Source: Bugula neritina
Lineage: Eukaryota > Animalia > Bryozoa
Assembly (NCBI GenBank): GCA_964035545.1
Contig: OZ037766.1
Span: 25,780,339 to 25,844,338, forward strand
Direction: 5' to 3'
DNA length: 64,000 nucleotides
Below are positions 1-12,352 of the stretch, in pieces (the first letter of the stretch is position 1; each line of letters opens with the position of its first letter). A program made the position numbers and the translations under genes. The notes beneath the pieces were generated by a model. That model was not told where the DNA came from, did no database searches, and saw nothing but the letters and a program-made list of their open reading frames with translations.

Positions 1-314
1 ACTTCATTATACAAAGTAATTTGATTAAAGTTTTTATAGCAGAAAGTTGTTATATATAATCTATCAAATTATTTGATAGTGAACTCATTGTGAACTTGAT
101 TAGATCCAAGGCCTCAGTAATGCAGAAGCTTGTGTTTTTATTCTAGAAAGTGAAAATGTATTTTATAAAATATAAAAAATTAAATTTTATTTGTCAGTAT
201 AAATATTATCTTTTAATATTAATTAATATATAAACAAGGAGATAATCACGTGTCATATTTGTTTTAATGCACTCAAATTAACATAAATTTTCTGCATTCA
301 AATAAATTTTACAG

Positions 315-2186
315 AATTGTTTTTGGGGAAGAATCATATTTGAAAATTGCCGATGGCTACGTTGGAATATGGCACATGGAACCAGACCGATACCTGAATG
401 GGACCGGTATCCTGCTCTCTTGGGGCTCAGCTATTAAGACCAGTGAGCCTGTGACAACAATCGCTGGTTCTATTGATCTGGAGTCTTATGCTGAAGAAAC
501 TGGTACAAGTGCAAGGTTTGCTAAGATTGTCGGGTTTCTACAAGTAACAGACACCATGATTATTGTATCTGACAGAAACAACCACTGCATACGATCAGTA
601 GATAGAGTTACTGGACAGACGGCTCACCTGGCGGGAAGGTGTACCGAAGCGGGTTACGCTGATGGTATAGGAGGAGATGCGAGGTTTTGGGAGCCATCTG
701 GCATTACACTGAATGAGCGAGACAAACGATTACTAATTGTAGTAGACAACTGGAACAATGCACTGCGATCCTATAACATGGACACCAAAGAAGTTGGTAC
801 TATTGTACAAGACCATAATGATTTAATTCGACCTCGATTTGCTCTCTTTGACAACAAAGATAAAAACACCTTATATGTGAGCATCAGATTCAAAATTGTA
901 AAGTATTCATTTGTTGACAACTCAATAACTGTGATTGCTGGTGATTTTGAGAGACTTGGCTATCAAGATGGGGCATTTGATGTAGCTCGGTTCGGCTATT
1001 TTCCTGGTGAGATTGTGCAGTTGGATGAAAACCATCTAGCCGTCACTGACTTCTGGAATCAAGATGTTAGACTTATTAACATGAAGTTGAGAGAAGTCTC
1101 TTCTATTTGTGAACCAAAATACAATGACTCATTCGTGGAAGGTGTAGGATGCCGAGTTGACAATCCACACGGTCTCATGTACCACAATAACACTCTCTAC
1201 GTGGGAGATGCTTCTAATATCATCATGATGCCAGGTAAATTTTTGAGTATCAACTTTTGGTTTTATTTTAATTCAAAATTTAGAACTGTTATAGTAAAAT
1301 GTTATCTTGCAGATTGTTTCCATTGTTATATACAAAAGAAAACTGCTGAAATATAATAACAGTAATACTTTAATACTGGCTCAAGATTATTTATTTCTCA
1401 GTTGTAGTCAGAGTTAGCTGATATCATTTATTAACTGTTTAGTGAGTTTTGTGGATGCCGGGACCTCTCGATATAAGTGCAATCTGGATACCATCACTGC
1501 TAGAGTTCAGGCAGGAGACAGCAAAGCAAAGGTAGAGATTGGCTCGCATACTTTCCTCCTGTCCCCTGGCAAACACCAGTTCATGTCAGAAGGATGTTTG
1601 GTCGACATTAAAGTCATAGGGGCAGACATTTGTCCTACCACAATCAATAGAGTAGTTTCACCAAAGACTGGAAAAGCTGTTATAGATCTCCAGGTTGGCA
1701 GTATCTCCCAGCAGTTTGAACTTCCTGTTGGCCGATATCCTTACTCTATACAGATGGATGATCTTACATGCCAATTCTCCATTAATGTCTACGGTAAAAT
1801 GTTATTATAATGTATTGTGTGCGGAAAACAAGGTAAACGTATTTTTAAAACATAAGAATGAAATTGTCGATGCATCATAATAATCTCCTTTAAAAGTCAA
1901 ACATGATCACAGCTGCTAATACCCAAGGCGGCAGTTTGTCATAAAATGCAGTTTTCTATGCCATGTCAAAATACTTGTTTATAAGTAACCGTGACAACAT
2001 AATGCAGATGCCAATATGAGGAGGAGAGTGCAGTTCCAAGCCGACTATGACTTTGAGTGCTCCAGTTTGAATGTTCAGGCTACGAAATACTTAGTAGAGA
2101 GCATGGTAGAGAATAACTATATACACATGCTGGAAATATGCGACAGCAGTAAGTGAACGTATCCATATCACATTTTAAGAATAATT

Positions 2187-2223
<37 letters not shown>

Positions 2224-3480
2224 GTGCGTGTGTGCGTTTGTGCGTTTGTGCGTATGTGCGTATGTGTGTGTGCGTGTGCGTGTGTGTGTGCGTGTGTGCG
2301 TGTGTGTGTGTGTTTGTGTGTATGTGCGTATGTGTGTGTGTGTGCGTTTGTGTGTATGTGCGTATGTGTGTGTGCGCGTGTGTGTGTGTGCGTGTGTGTG
2401 TGTGTGTGTTTGTGTGTATGGGTGTATGCGTGTGTGTGTGTGTGTGTGCATGTGTGTGTGCGTGTGTGTGTGTGTGTGCGTGTGTGTGCGTGTGTGTGTG
2501 TGTGTGTGTGCAGTGTGCGTGTATTGAGGTTGATGATGCAATGTTGTTTTTTCTAGTACTGCCACTGCGTCTCTTACATATAGAATACATCAGCTACTAG
2601 ATAGGATTGCTGGCTGTTGCTCACAATTACTCAGTAACTATGATCAATCTGAAGATATACAAGTTATTATTGTATAAGAATTACCACAAATTCTAACAAA
2701 TTTGCTCTTTTCCACTATAGTCTGTAAAAAAGATGATATGCAGAGTAAGCCTGAGATGGTCTGCTCTAACAACATGCTGTCTGTGTTCTATCCGACTAAC
2801 CTTGTTTTCGACGGAGACGTTACATTCATCCCCCAGGATATATACGATCAGCTGACAGCTAATTTGGCCAAGAAAGGCACTATTATGAGCATTGTAGACA
2901 CGTCTCAGAATCCCCCGTAAGTGTCTTATCTTGATGCTTGTATCTTTCTGGTTTATTGCATGATATCACAATCAGTATTATCAGTATAATAATATTGTCT
3001 TATGCGAATATACCTGATAACTATTGAAATGCAATATTAGAAAATGATGGCATTTTGTAGTTGATATTATCATGATTATTTTTTTTTAGCTTTTGAATGA
3101 GGTTTGCGCTTTATATATTTATAGCTTAGTAACATAATATAACAAGTATGATATGTCGGTACTTACATATTAAATCATGTTACAAGTTAAAGGGCGTTTT
3201 AAAAATGCTAGTACAAAAGTGAATTTAATATATAGTTGTTAGCATTCATATATGTATGAACAATCATGATTTATATTATGATAACTTATAACTAGTATGT
3301 AATATGTATGCTGCAAGGTTGTCTCTAATCTGTACATTGTTCTGCTAATATATATGTTGTGTTTTTTGCAGAGTTGTATTCCCTCGGGGCACAGCCGATG
3401 GCTCTTCAGCTAAGTTGATATTGACAAGCTCCTGCTTAAGCAACATGACATACGACAAGGTCACTGATTTATGTACTTGA
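315..3480 (+). CDS. NHL-repeat beta-propeller protein, paralog A (NHL propeller + 2 short HYR-like repeats + Cys-containing C-terminal domain); 5' exons not resolved
   Basis: Phase-consistent GT-AG exons 315-1234, 1443-1793, 2008-2148, 2721-2916, 3372-3480 (stop TGA; AATAAA near 3625). NHL motifs: [57 protein letters not shown]. Exon-by-exon similarity to the gene at 23259-26564. Confidence 0.85.
2189..2521. repeat. (GT)n/(GC) dinucleotide microsatellite, intronic
   Basis: About 330 bp of interrupted GT repeats; source of the spurious CV/HT ORFs. Confidence 0.97.
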
Positions 3481-4431
3481 GACAATTTACCTGCAGTCTT
3501 TTTGTAACAGCACAGGGCCTTACAAATCATGAGCTCCCTTACACCATATATGACTGTTTGTGATCTAAAAGGATCATTGATATTTATATAACCACTGATA
3601 GCTTCAAGTACCTATTCATCTTCCAATAAAATGTATATATATTTTTAGTACTGCTAATGCTAGATATTTTAGGAATAAGTATTGTCCTGTATTACATTTA
3701 ACAATTTGATAATTACAAAATTGTTATTAGGTTTGCATCGTTTAAAATATACATGGTATAAGTTACCCTTTGCACATTTGTTTCTAATAATAAGCAACCT
3801 AATGATTACAACATACTATAAGTATATTATTAGTATAATTAGTCACTGCATTAGTAAAGTTATAGTGTTCTTTTTTTATTAAAAGCTGCAATGGCCAGCA
3901 TAAAAATATGATTAGGTATGTGGCAGTCAGTCACTTCAGTCATGCCACCCTAAAATGTCAAAAATCTATTAAATATATTATTTATTGCTATCAAACTAAT
4001 GTACACAAAAGTCCCTCTGTAACTTCCAGCTGTTCTTAATAAAAGATTCACTCAGCACAGATATATTATTCATATTGTGCATTACAATAATCTAATGAAG
4101 CTACCACTATATATTTGCAGAAAATTCCATGAACTACTGCACGTTGAAGAATGTTTTAGTTGTATTCATGAAAAATATAATTGGTTATGTTCAAGTAAAA
4201 GTAGTTCAGGGTTAATATAAGCTAAATGCAATCTTTCCCAGACAACATAATATCATTTCCAATAGACTTATAAAACGAGGAATCAAAAAGGGAATGTAGT
4301 AAAATAGAGGTTTTATGATGTAGCGACTCAACTAAATACAAATGCTTTTTTGATGCGTTGAGGTCTAGTCCTAGATTATCAACAAAATCATTAGCAATTG
4401 CTTGACTAACAACGTAGCAAAACAATGAAAC

Positions 4432-7400
4432 ATGGCTGCTGCCTTGAAATCTAAAGGATGGTGAGGATTATTTATAAGTTTTAAGGTTCTGGTAGTTTTC
4501 TCAAGCTGGATTTTGATTTAGAGCTTATAATAACCATGCTTTTATTTTTATAATTTTGATCTAAACTTTAAGTAGACGTAGTACTACAAGGTAGAGCCAT
4601 AGTGATAGCCCATAACTCATCAGCCTAAATTAAATTTTAATTTAGTTTTAAGCCCTACTCTAGTAGTAGTACTAGTAGTACTAGTACTAGTGGTACTCTA
4701 CAGTCTACTGTTTGAGTTTGAGTTAGCGTTACTGTTAGTGTTACATTTACTGTTTGTACTACACAGTCACGCTCACGATCAGTTTAAAACTAAACACTAA
4801 AACAGGTACACTATGACTAAGTTACTCTAACTCTAAGTCTAAGACTAAAAGTAAGTGTAACACAATTTGAATCACATCACAATCACATACTTATACTTAT
4901 AGTTATACTCATAGTCTAAGTTATATTCTTATTAGTTATTGATGTATTTATAGTATTAGTATAACTATAAGTTAATGTATAAGTATGTGATTGTGGACTC
5001 AGACTGTAATTGTGACATAAGTTATACTAATATTTATATAAGTAATACTAATAATAATAAGCAATAGAATACTAACTAGTAATACTAATAATAATTGATT
5101 ATTGATTACTAATTAAGTATTATACTAATAGTAATAGTAATACTTATAATACAAGTTATACTCATAATGATAGTGATACTGATGGTTAATGTTATACTAA
5201 TACTTATACATATACTTATAGTAATACTAAAACTAATACAGTAAATGTAGCCTAATGGTAATTACTAATTTACTCATAATTTAAATTTATGTTTAATAAT
5301 GATGTAATTATTATTTATTATAATTACCATTATGATAATTTCTTATTTGATATTAATATTATAATTACATATAAATTAAACTGTAGAAATGTAGTAGTTT
5401 GGCATAAATGCATTGATTTTACGGGTTCCTATTTTAGGCACATCAGCGAAGAAGCACATTTAAAATGTATGAATGATGTTTCACCTTCAATTGATCTCCA
5501 CCATGTTCTACTTAATGTAAGTTAGAAACTGTGAGATTTAAACATTGCTGAAAAGTTCAAAGTTTTAACTATTAAATTAGCCCATTGGTCATGCTGTGTG
5601 ATGCTAAGAATAGCATGCAATAAAAGTTAGCAATAATTAGTATTAGTTTTATAATAGAGCCAACTGGAAATGTCATCAGCAACCGATCACACCTCACAAA
5701 TTGCACAAAATTTCTGTAACTAGTAGCTAGGATATACGAGTATTTTATTACTGCATGAATGAAGTGTTTCAGGAATTATTTAATGCAGACAGAAGCCTAC
5801 CATAACAAATCCAACCCTAAGCAATTGCCCTCCGCGATTTGATCAAGTCTATAATATTCATTGCTGTAACATGATGTCAATTCATACCCTATATTTTCTG
5901 CATGGTGTTTTATGAACTCTTGTATTAACTTTAATCTGTATCGTATACTGTGCTAGTAACTCTAATTGACTCAACTAGCATCTCTTGTCAACACTCAATG
6001 GAATATCTTTTATAATACTATCCCCTCTCTGTTTGGCAGACAAACCTGAAAGATGTGGCGGTGGCAGCCTTGCCCGCTGACTTCCCCAAGAGTAAAGTAT
6101 CGAAGGTGGGTTTCTTTGCTTGTTCGTTAACATTTGTTTAGCTCTAGGAGGGGTGATAGACATATGTTTACTGATTATTGTGTTTATTCAATTGTTATAG
6201 GTAGCTGGACCAATCATCTTGCAGATACAGAAGATACGTAATGTCACAGCACCAACAGTAAGGCCTGAGTCTACCACAGCACCTCGAATGTTTAAATTCT
6301 CATTAACTGATGGAATTCAAACTGTTTCAGCTATTGAGATGGAGTTACTACATGGTGTTGGGTAAGCTTACTAGTTACTTGGTATCATACTTATTCTCTA
6401 TGAGTCACGCTTATTCTTTTTGAGTCACACTTATTCTCTATACATCACACCTATTCTTTTTGAGCCATACTCAGTGATTAGTAGCTTAGAATGAACTTCG
6501 GTGATTTGATGGCTGTAATCATACTCAATTTCTTTGACTCATTTAATAATTACTAGTTTAACAGCTGACTGATGAAATGATAAAAATTAGTTTGCAATCA
6601 ATTCTGCTCACTAAAAGATGGCTGAAGAGCATTTTAGTCATCAGTATGTTCACAAATACCCGAGATAGACTCTCTGGTCGCCAACAGTGGTTGTTGTATT
6701 ATTGTATGATGCAGGTTTGACACCTCCCCTGGTGCTAAGATTCTCCTCAAAGGAACTGTACCTGTCAGCATGAATATACTTCAGCTTACGAACTCAAACT
6801 GCACTTTTCTGGGGGGCAAGGTCATTCAGCTCTATGATAAGTGGCAACTCAATAAAGTAAGTATTTGTCATACTATACACACGCACCCACGCATTCGCAC
6901 ATACACCACACACAACACATACACAACACACACACACACACACGCGCACCACACACACACAGCACACACACAGCACACACACAGCACACACACAACACAC
7001 ACACACACACACAGCACACAATTGTGCGTTGTCAATTATTTTGAATATAATATAAACTTCTTCAATTATCTTTTTTGGAAACTGTTTTTTAACTTTATGT
7101 TGTGTATTTAATCCTTACCTATTAGGGTTTTGGCTGACTTACCAAGTAGTGTAACAAAGACAATTCAGCCACTGCCCGTGTAGACAGTCGGTGATATTCT
7201 GTTTAGTACACAGTGACCTCTCATATGTTCTCTAAACTTGTGACAGGAACTGATGAAGATATCAAGGAATGTGAATAGATCTGACGGACCCCCTCCTTTC
7301 GTCCCATTTGGGCAGAGAATTAAGAAAGAGCAGGTTCAGGAGTTGAGTGGTCAGCATCTGTTTTATATTAGAATAGTGCTGTTCATAGCACTCACAGTGA

Positions 7401-10400
7401 GACTGCTCAGTGACTCTTTGTGACTGTAGGCTGAGTCAGTTGGTACTCAGTACTGACTGTATAGTGACTGTATGTAGCTTATTGTAGTGAATATCAGGTC
7501 CTAAATGTTTAAGAAATAACTGTGTACTTTGTGACTGAGAAATAAGCAACTGTTTGGCCAATGACTGTGTACTCAGTGACTGTATGCTCTGTGACTATGT
7601 ACTCTGTGACTGTATACTATGCACTCTGTGACTATGCGACTATGTACTCAATGACTATGTGCTCTGTGACTGTATGCTCTGTGACTATGTACTCTGTGAC
7701 TGTATACTATGTACTCTGTGACTATGCGACTATGTACTCAATGACTATGTACTCTGTGACTCTATACTCAGTGACTATGTACTGAGATATTGAGTGTGTG
7801 TTAACAGTGTGATAGTAATGGTGATGTTAACATGAGTTGCAGGGCGATTCAAGTCCCTTGACATAGCCAACGCTAATCAAGATGCTGGTGAGCAGAGAGA
7901 TGATGCCGAGTTCAAAGCCCAAAGAAAGGCAGTAATATCGGAAGTTGTTCAGCAATCTTCTGGACCAAAGAAGGTGTATGGCGGAATCAAACAGGTTTGT
8001 GAGCTTTGTGGATTGCTAGACGCAGCGCAACGTTTGGAATCATTGAGTACAGTGTTTGTTTACATACACATCATTGTTCAAACCCAATCCCCCATCCACT
8101 GCACTCAGTAACCCTAAACTTTGTGCTGCATCAAGCGAATTTCCATGAGCTTTAGTTGTTGCTTCTGACCGTAGACTGTGACATCATAGCCTGTGAGACT
8201 ATAGTACCAGTGTAATGTTCTGGACTATTTAGATGACAGCCTGTCTCAACTTCTTTCACTGTTCTAGAATATTGGAGCGTGTGCCAACATTGTATGCGCT
8301 TGCTTAAGCAGCAGTGCTTATCGTCATGCCTATGTTTGTGTTAGTTGTCAAATTACGTATATATATGCTATATTCGTTTACTTTTCTCTTTATATTTATG
8401 CTGTGTTTCATCATACTTTGTGTCGGTATTTAAGAATTCGGCAAATGAGCCTCTGCAAATCTCTGAATTTAAACGACCAGAAAAGAAGGTAAAGAAACCA
8501 ACTCTAGAGGATAAAGATCCAAATGTGAGCGATGACGAGGATGGAGGAAGAGGCCGATATAGGTTAGCACATCACCAAGTATCTTATGTGAGAAGACAAC
8601 TTCTAAATGTGCTTATAAGTTTGTTGCTCTGTAGTATCTAATGTCGGTTATAGAGGTTTTGAACAGGGGGCAGTTTGAAGGGTTCATAAAGTCAAACTGT
8701 AACAACACTTATGATTGGTTTGCTAATTTTCAACAGGAAATATCATTTTGCACTTAGTAATATTCAGAACAGTTAGAGGTGCAGAAAGCATTATGATTTG
8801 ATAAATTTTAAAAAGCTATCAACACGTATTCTTCTCAAAGACTTTTAACTAGGGAATGTCTACATGTTTGCCATTTCATATTGTACGAGATTCTATAGGA
8901 ATTAACTGATGTTTCGTCATTCAGATTTTGCTGGTTTGTTTCAAACATGGGCACTATGCTTTCTATAAAGCCTGTTAGATATGGCAATGTTAATAGCACA
9001 TGATCACAGGATGTTTATTGTTTTGATTTTATTTTCAAATAAACTTGAGCTTTATGTTCTGTATTATCTTTAATAGGAGAGGAAGGAAAGGCAGGCATAA
9101 CGACGAGGAAGATTCCTTCGCACCCAGTAGACCATCCACAGCCAACACTCTATTTGACTTCTTTGGTACAAAAGTTGATGGTAAGCAAGAACAAGGTCAA
9201 GGACATGGTCAAAGTCAAGGACATAGTCAAGGTCAGAGTTATGGTCAAGGACAAATGTATGGTCATGGACACAGACAAGATCAAGGACATAGTCAAGGTC
9301 AGAGTTATGGTCAAGAACAAGGTCACAGACATAGTCAAGGTCAAGGACAAATATATGGTCATGGACATAGTCAAGGTCAAAGTTATGGTCAAGGTCACAG
9401 ACATAGTCAAGGTCAAGGACAAATGTATGGTCAAAAACACAGACAAGGTCAAAGTCGTGTAGAAGAAGGTTAGTGTTTGTTAGTTGAGTAACACATGAAG
9501 GATGGGTGCTGTTGTGAAACAAGTAACAACAATACGTAGACAGTGTGTCTTGTTGTGTTGTTTTTGCAGCACTTACTCATTATGAATATATAGCTGCTAT
9601 ACTCGGGCTATCTGCAGTTTTTGCTAATCAGGGTTATATGAGATACTACTTTACTCACTTATGGCCATCTTATGATTGTGTCAAACAGCATCATACATCA
9701 ACTGTAGTACTATGTCAATCTTTGTCTTCCTTTTGATAATTAGTCCAACTTTTTCTGTGATAATTTAAGCCTTCATTCAAATACCACTCTTACTTTATCC
9801 GAAACTAGTTAGAATTATTGTTTCATCTTAACTCCCTCCTCCATCCCTACGCTAATACATAGCAGATTCAGTGGATAGCTTATTGGGTCTTGGTTTACTG
9901 TATGTTGTAAATGTACTGTGTGCTTGCATTGCTTGCTCTGTGGTGGTTCACTCCGTTAGTCTATGCCTTAGGATCACATGGTAATAAAGGCCGTTTTGAG
10001 GGAAGTACCGGAACACCTCGAACACAAGCCCACCATCATCAACAGAACAGTAGACAACACCCTAACACTGCAAGAGATTCAGATTATATTCACAATAGGA
10101 AAGATTTTCAGAATACCGGAGATCGAAGAACTGACAATAGACACGGAGAAAACAAGGCAAATAAAAAGACCAATCTGAATCCAGCTTTTAGTTCAAAAAA
10201 TTCAACTAATGTAAGTAACCCGAGTGAAGCAGTTACTAAGTATTGTTCTGAAGGGGGAGTTAGTAGCACGTCCAGGCAGTCCACTAGAGGGCAGCACTCA
10301 AAGCAGGATATTGCACGGTATCAACCTCCGGGTAGCTCCAGACCTCAATCAGGTAGCTCTAGAAACTTCAGCAACCGAGAAACTTCCAGTAATCATAGAC

Positions 10401-11367
10401 CAAGTTCTACCTCTGCAGGTTCCCATAAAGATGCAGCCAGGCAACCTACTTCCGGTAGAAATGAGGTTCCCCGTGGTAAGATATTCTCTGTTCAAAACTC
10501 ACCTGTGTAATCTTATTCATGGATAAAATTTCTACTTTCTTCTCTGGAGAATACAGTTTTGTATTTAGCAAGGACTTTTTTAATTGGACAATTGATTTGT
10601 CATGCAGCAGTGAATATATGTTTCAGCTCAAGCATTCAGTCAGAGTACTGCTAAGCCAAGTGCACAGACAAACAGACAGAATTCTAACTCAACACAGAGT
10701 ACTTCTGCAGTCAGACAAGGCGACATTGTAATGGCAAGATACTGGGAGGATAGACAGGTATAAGGTTATCTCATTTCTAGAATTGTATACCTGGCATTTT
10801 TATGCCTGAAATAAAACAGTATTTCGAGAAATTTAAGGTCAAACCTATTATCATTGGCTTACCAATTACCAGCTCCTTGCATTACCAATATGTTCTCTCT
10901 CAATACTCTCTTGAATAGTTGCTTTCTGTTTCTCATAACTAGCTAGTAATAAATACTGCTGTTTTTCAGTTCTACAGGTTTAAGGTGCTGAATCATTTAT
11001 CACCAGCTGTAGTGGTTGGCATCTTTCTAGATTACGGTAACACCGAAGAAGTGAACATCAATGACATCAAACCTATTCACATGTTAGCCCATCAGCATCA
11101 ATATTCTGTATGTGACATCTTCTTGCATTTTTACGATTGCATAATGACTTTTTAAAAAATTTGTTTTTTTTTAAATTGGAAAAAGTATATTCTAAATACT
11201 TATTTGTACTTTACCGATGGTTTTTGTTGCTTATTTTCTCCATTTAGGTAACTCGTATGGTTTTAATTACAAGCATTGTATGATATTTGACCTTGACATT
11301 AATTTTTCAGGAGTACGAAGGGGAGTACTCTCAAGGACTTTGTTTCTCCCGGAAACAAAACTACTAA
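4432..11367 (+). CDS. TDRD3: Tudor domain-containing protein 3 (RMI1-like OB fold ... Tudor)
   Basis: Exons 4432-4460, 5438-5516, 6040-6105, 6201-6361, 6715-6856, 7247-7349, 7843-7994, 8435-8562, 9077-9468, 9972-10475, 10627-10757, 10970-11107, 11311-11367, all phase-consistent. Hallmarks: GPIILQIQKIRNVTAP...APRMFKFSLTDG, GPPPFVPFGQ, EFKAQRKAVISEV, RPSTANTLFDFF, and Tudor GDIVMARYWEDRQFYR...FLDYGNTEEV with the aromatic cage intact. Confidence 0.93.
6876..7020. repeat. (CA)n microsatellite, intronic
   Basis: Interrupted CA repeat just after the donor at 6857. Confidence 0.95.
7561..7785. repeat. 15-bp minisatellite (GTGACTATGTACTCT-like) with higher-order duplication
   Basis: Tandem units visible directly in a TDRD3 intron. 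Confidence 0.9.
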
Positions 11368-12352
11368 AATCAGTCGGCTAGGTAAAGGTTTTTTCAACAA
11401 AACTGTAGAAGATTTTTTTTGCAATTGATGACCAAAGGTGCTTTTTGAAACTAGGTTTTGGGTAGGTTAGAAGGAGGTTTACACAGTGGTAAACCAAGTT
11501 TCAACTTCAAGTTTTTCTTCATGGGTACTCAGAGTGTAGTCTTGATTTGTGGGCTTGGTTTTGAGACAGTAGAAAGTAGAATAGAATCGTCCCATGATAT
11601 GCAACATAAGCAAATAGGAATAAACTTTGTTCATTTTTTGTACTTTTATTTGTAATAAACTTATTTTAATTATATTAATTTGAATTTAAAAAAATCTATT
11701 GCACCATAATTGAAGACCATAATGTCACTAAATATTTAGTAGTTGATTTTCTAACAGTTGTGTCTCAGTTTCTTATATAAAACTAATATAATAAAAAATA
11801 CTGTCTGTTGCATATATTGTTAGCAATGTCAATGGTGTTAATAAGCATAATACTAACAGATAATACTGGAAACGTTGGGATTTACTCAACACACCCTACA
11901 TGCTGTTTTGCACCTAAATAAAAACTCAAATTTTTTTAGCCTGTGTTGTGAGCTTTTAATTTTTGTGAATTGAAAAATAGTATGCCGACAAAACAACTTT
12001 TTTTTCAGGCTGAATAATTTTACTGCATTTCCTAGTCTTTAAACTAAGCACTTCGAAACACTATCAAATTAAAAAAATATAAAAAGCTGGCCAATAAAAA
12101 TAAATCAATACATAATTGGTTATAAGCTGTTGAAAAAATTAGGTGACCCTACATATTATATGTAAAAGACTTTGACAAAGTGATATGTTGTAACTGGAGA
12201 TCATGATAGAAAATCATAGCATGGAGGTAGAATAAATTTCATAATATGCTGAGCTGAATTGACATGTGAAAAAAAATTCTCTTCAAACTTCAAGTAGTCC
12301 TACATTGTAGAAGTACTATATTTAGACAATTTGAATGACCAAAGTTCAACTT

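Noticed and set aside
1-314. Signal-peptide exons for NHL paralog A
   Set aside because: No phase-2 donor exon with a convincing reading frame was found; they probably lie upstream of the window.
2080-2600. Five overlapping His/Thr- or Cys/Val-rich ORFs
   Set aside because: Translations of a (GT)n microsatellite inside an intron of NHL paralog A.
9070-9522. Antisense and alternative-frame ORFs over the TDRD3 repeat
   Set aside because: By-products of a hexamer repeat lacking stops; only the Gly/Gln frame connects to conserved TDRD3 exons.
9911-9971. Signal-peptide-like start of the 199-aa ORF (MYCVLALLALWWF)
   Set aside because: Intronic pyrimidine-rich sequence upstream of the acceptor at 9971; the rest of the ORF is a TDRD3 exon.
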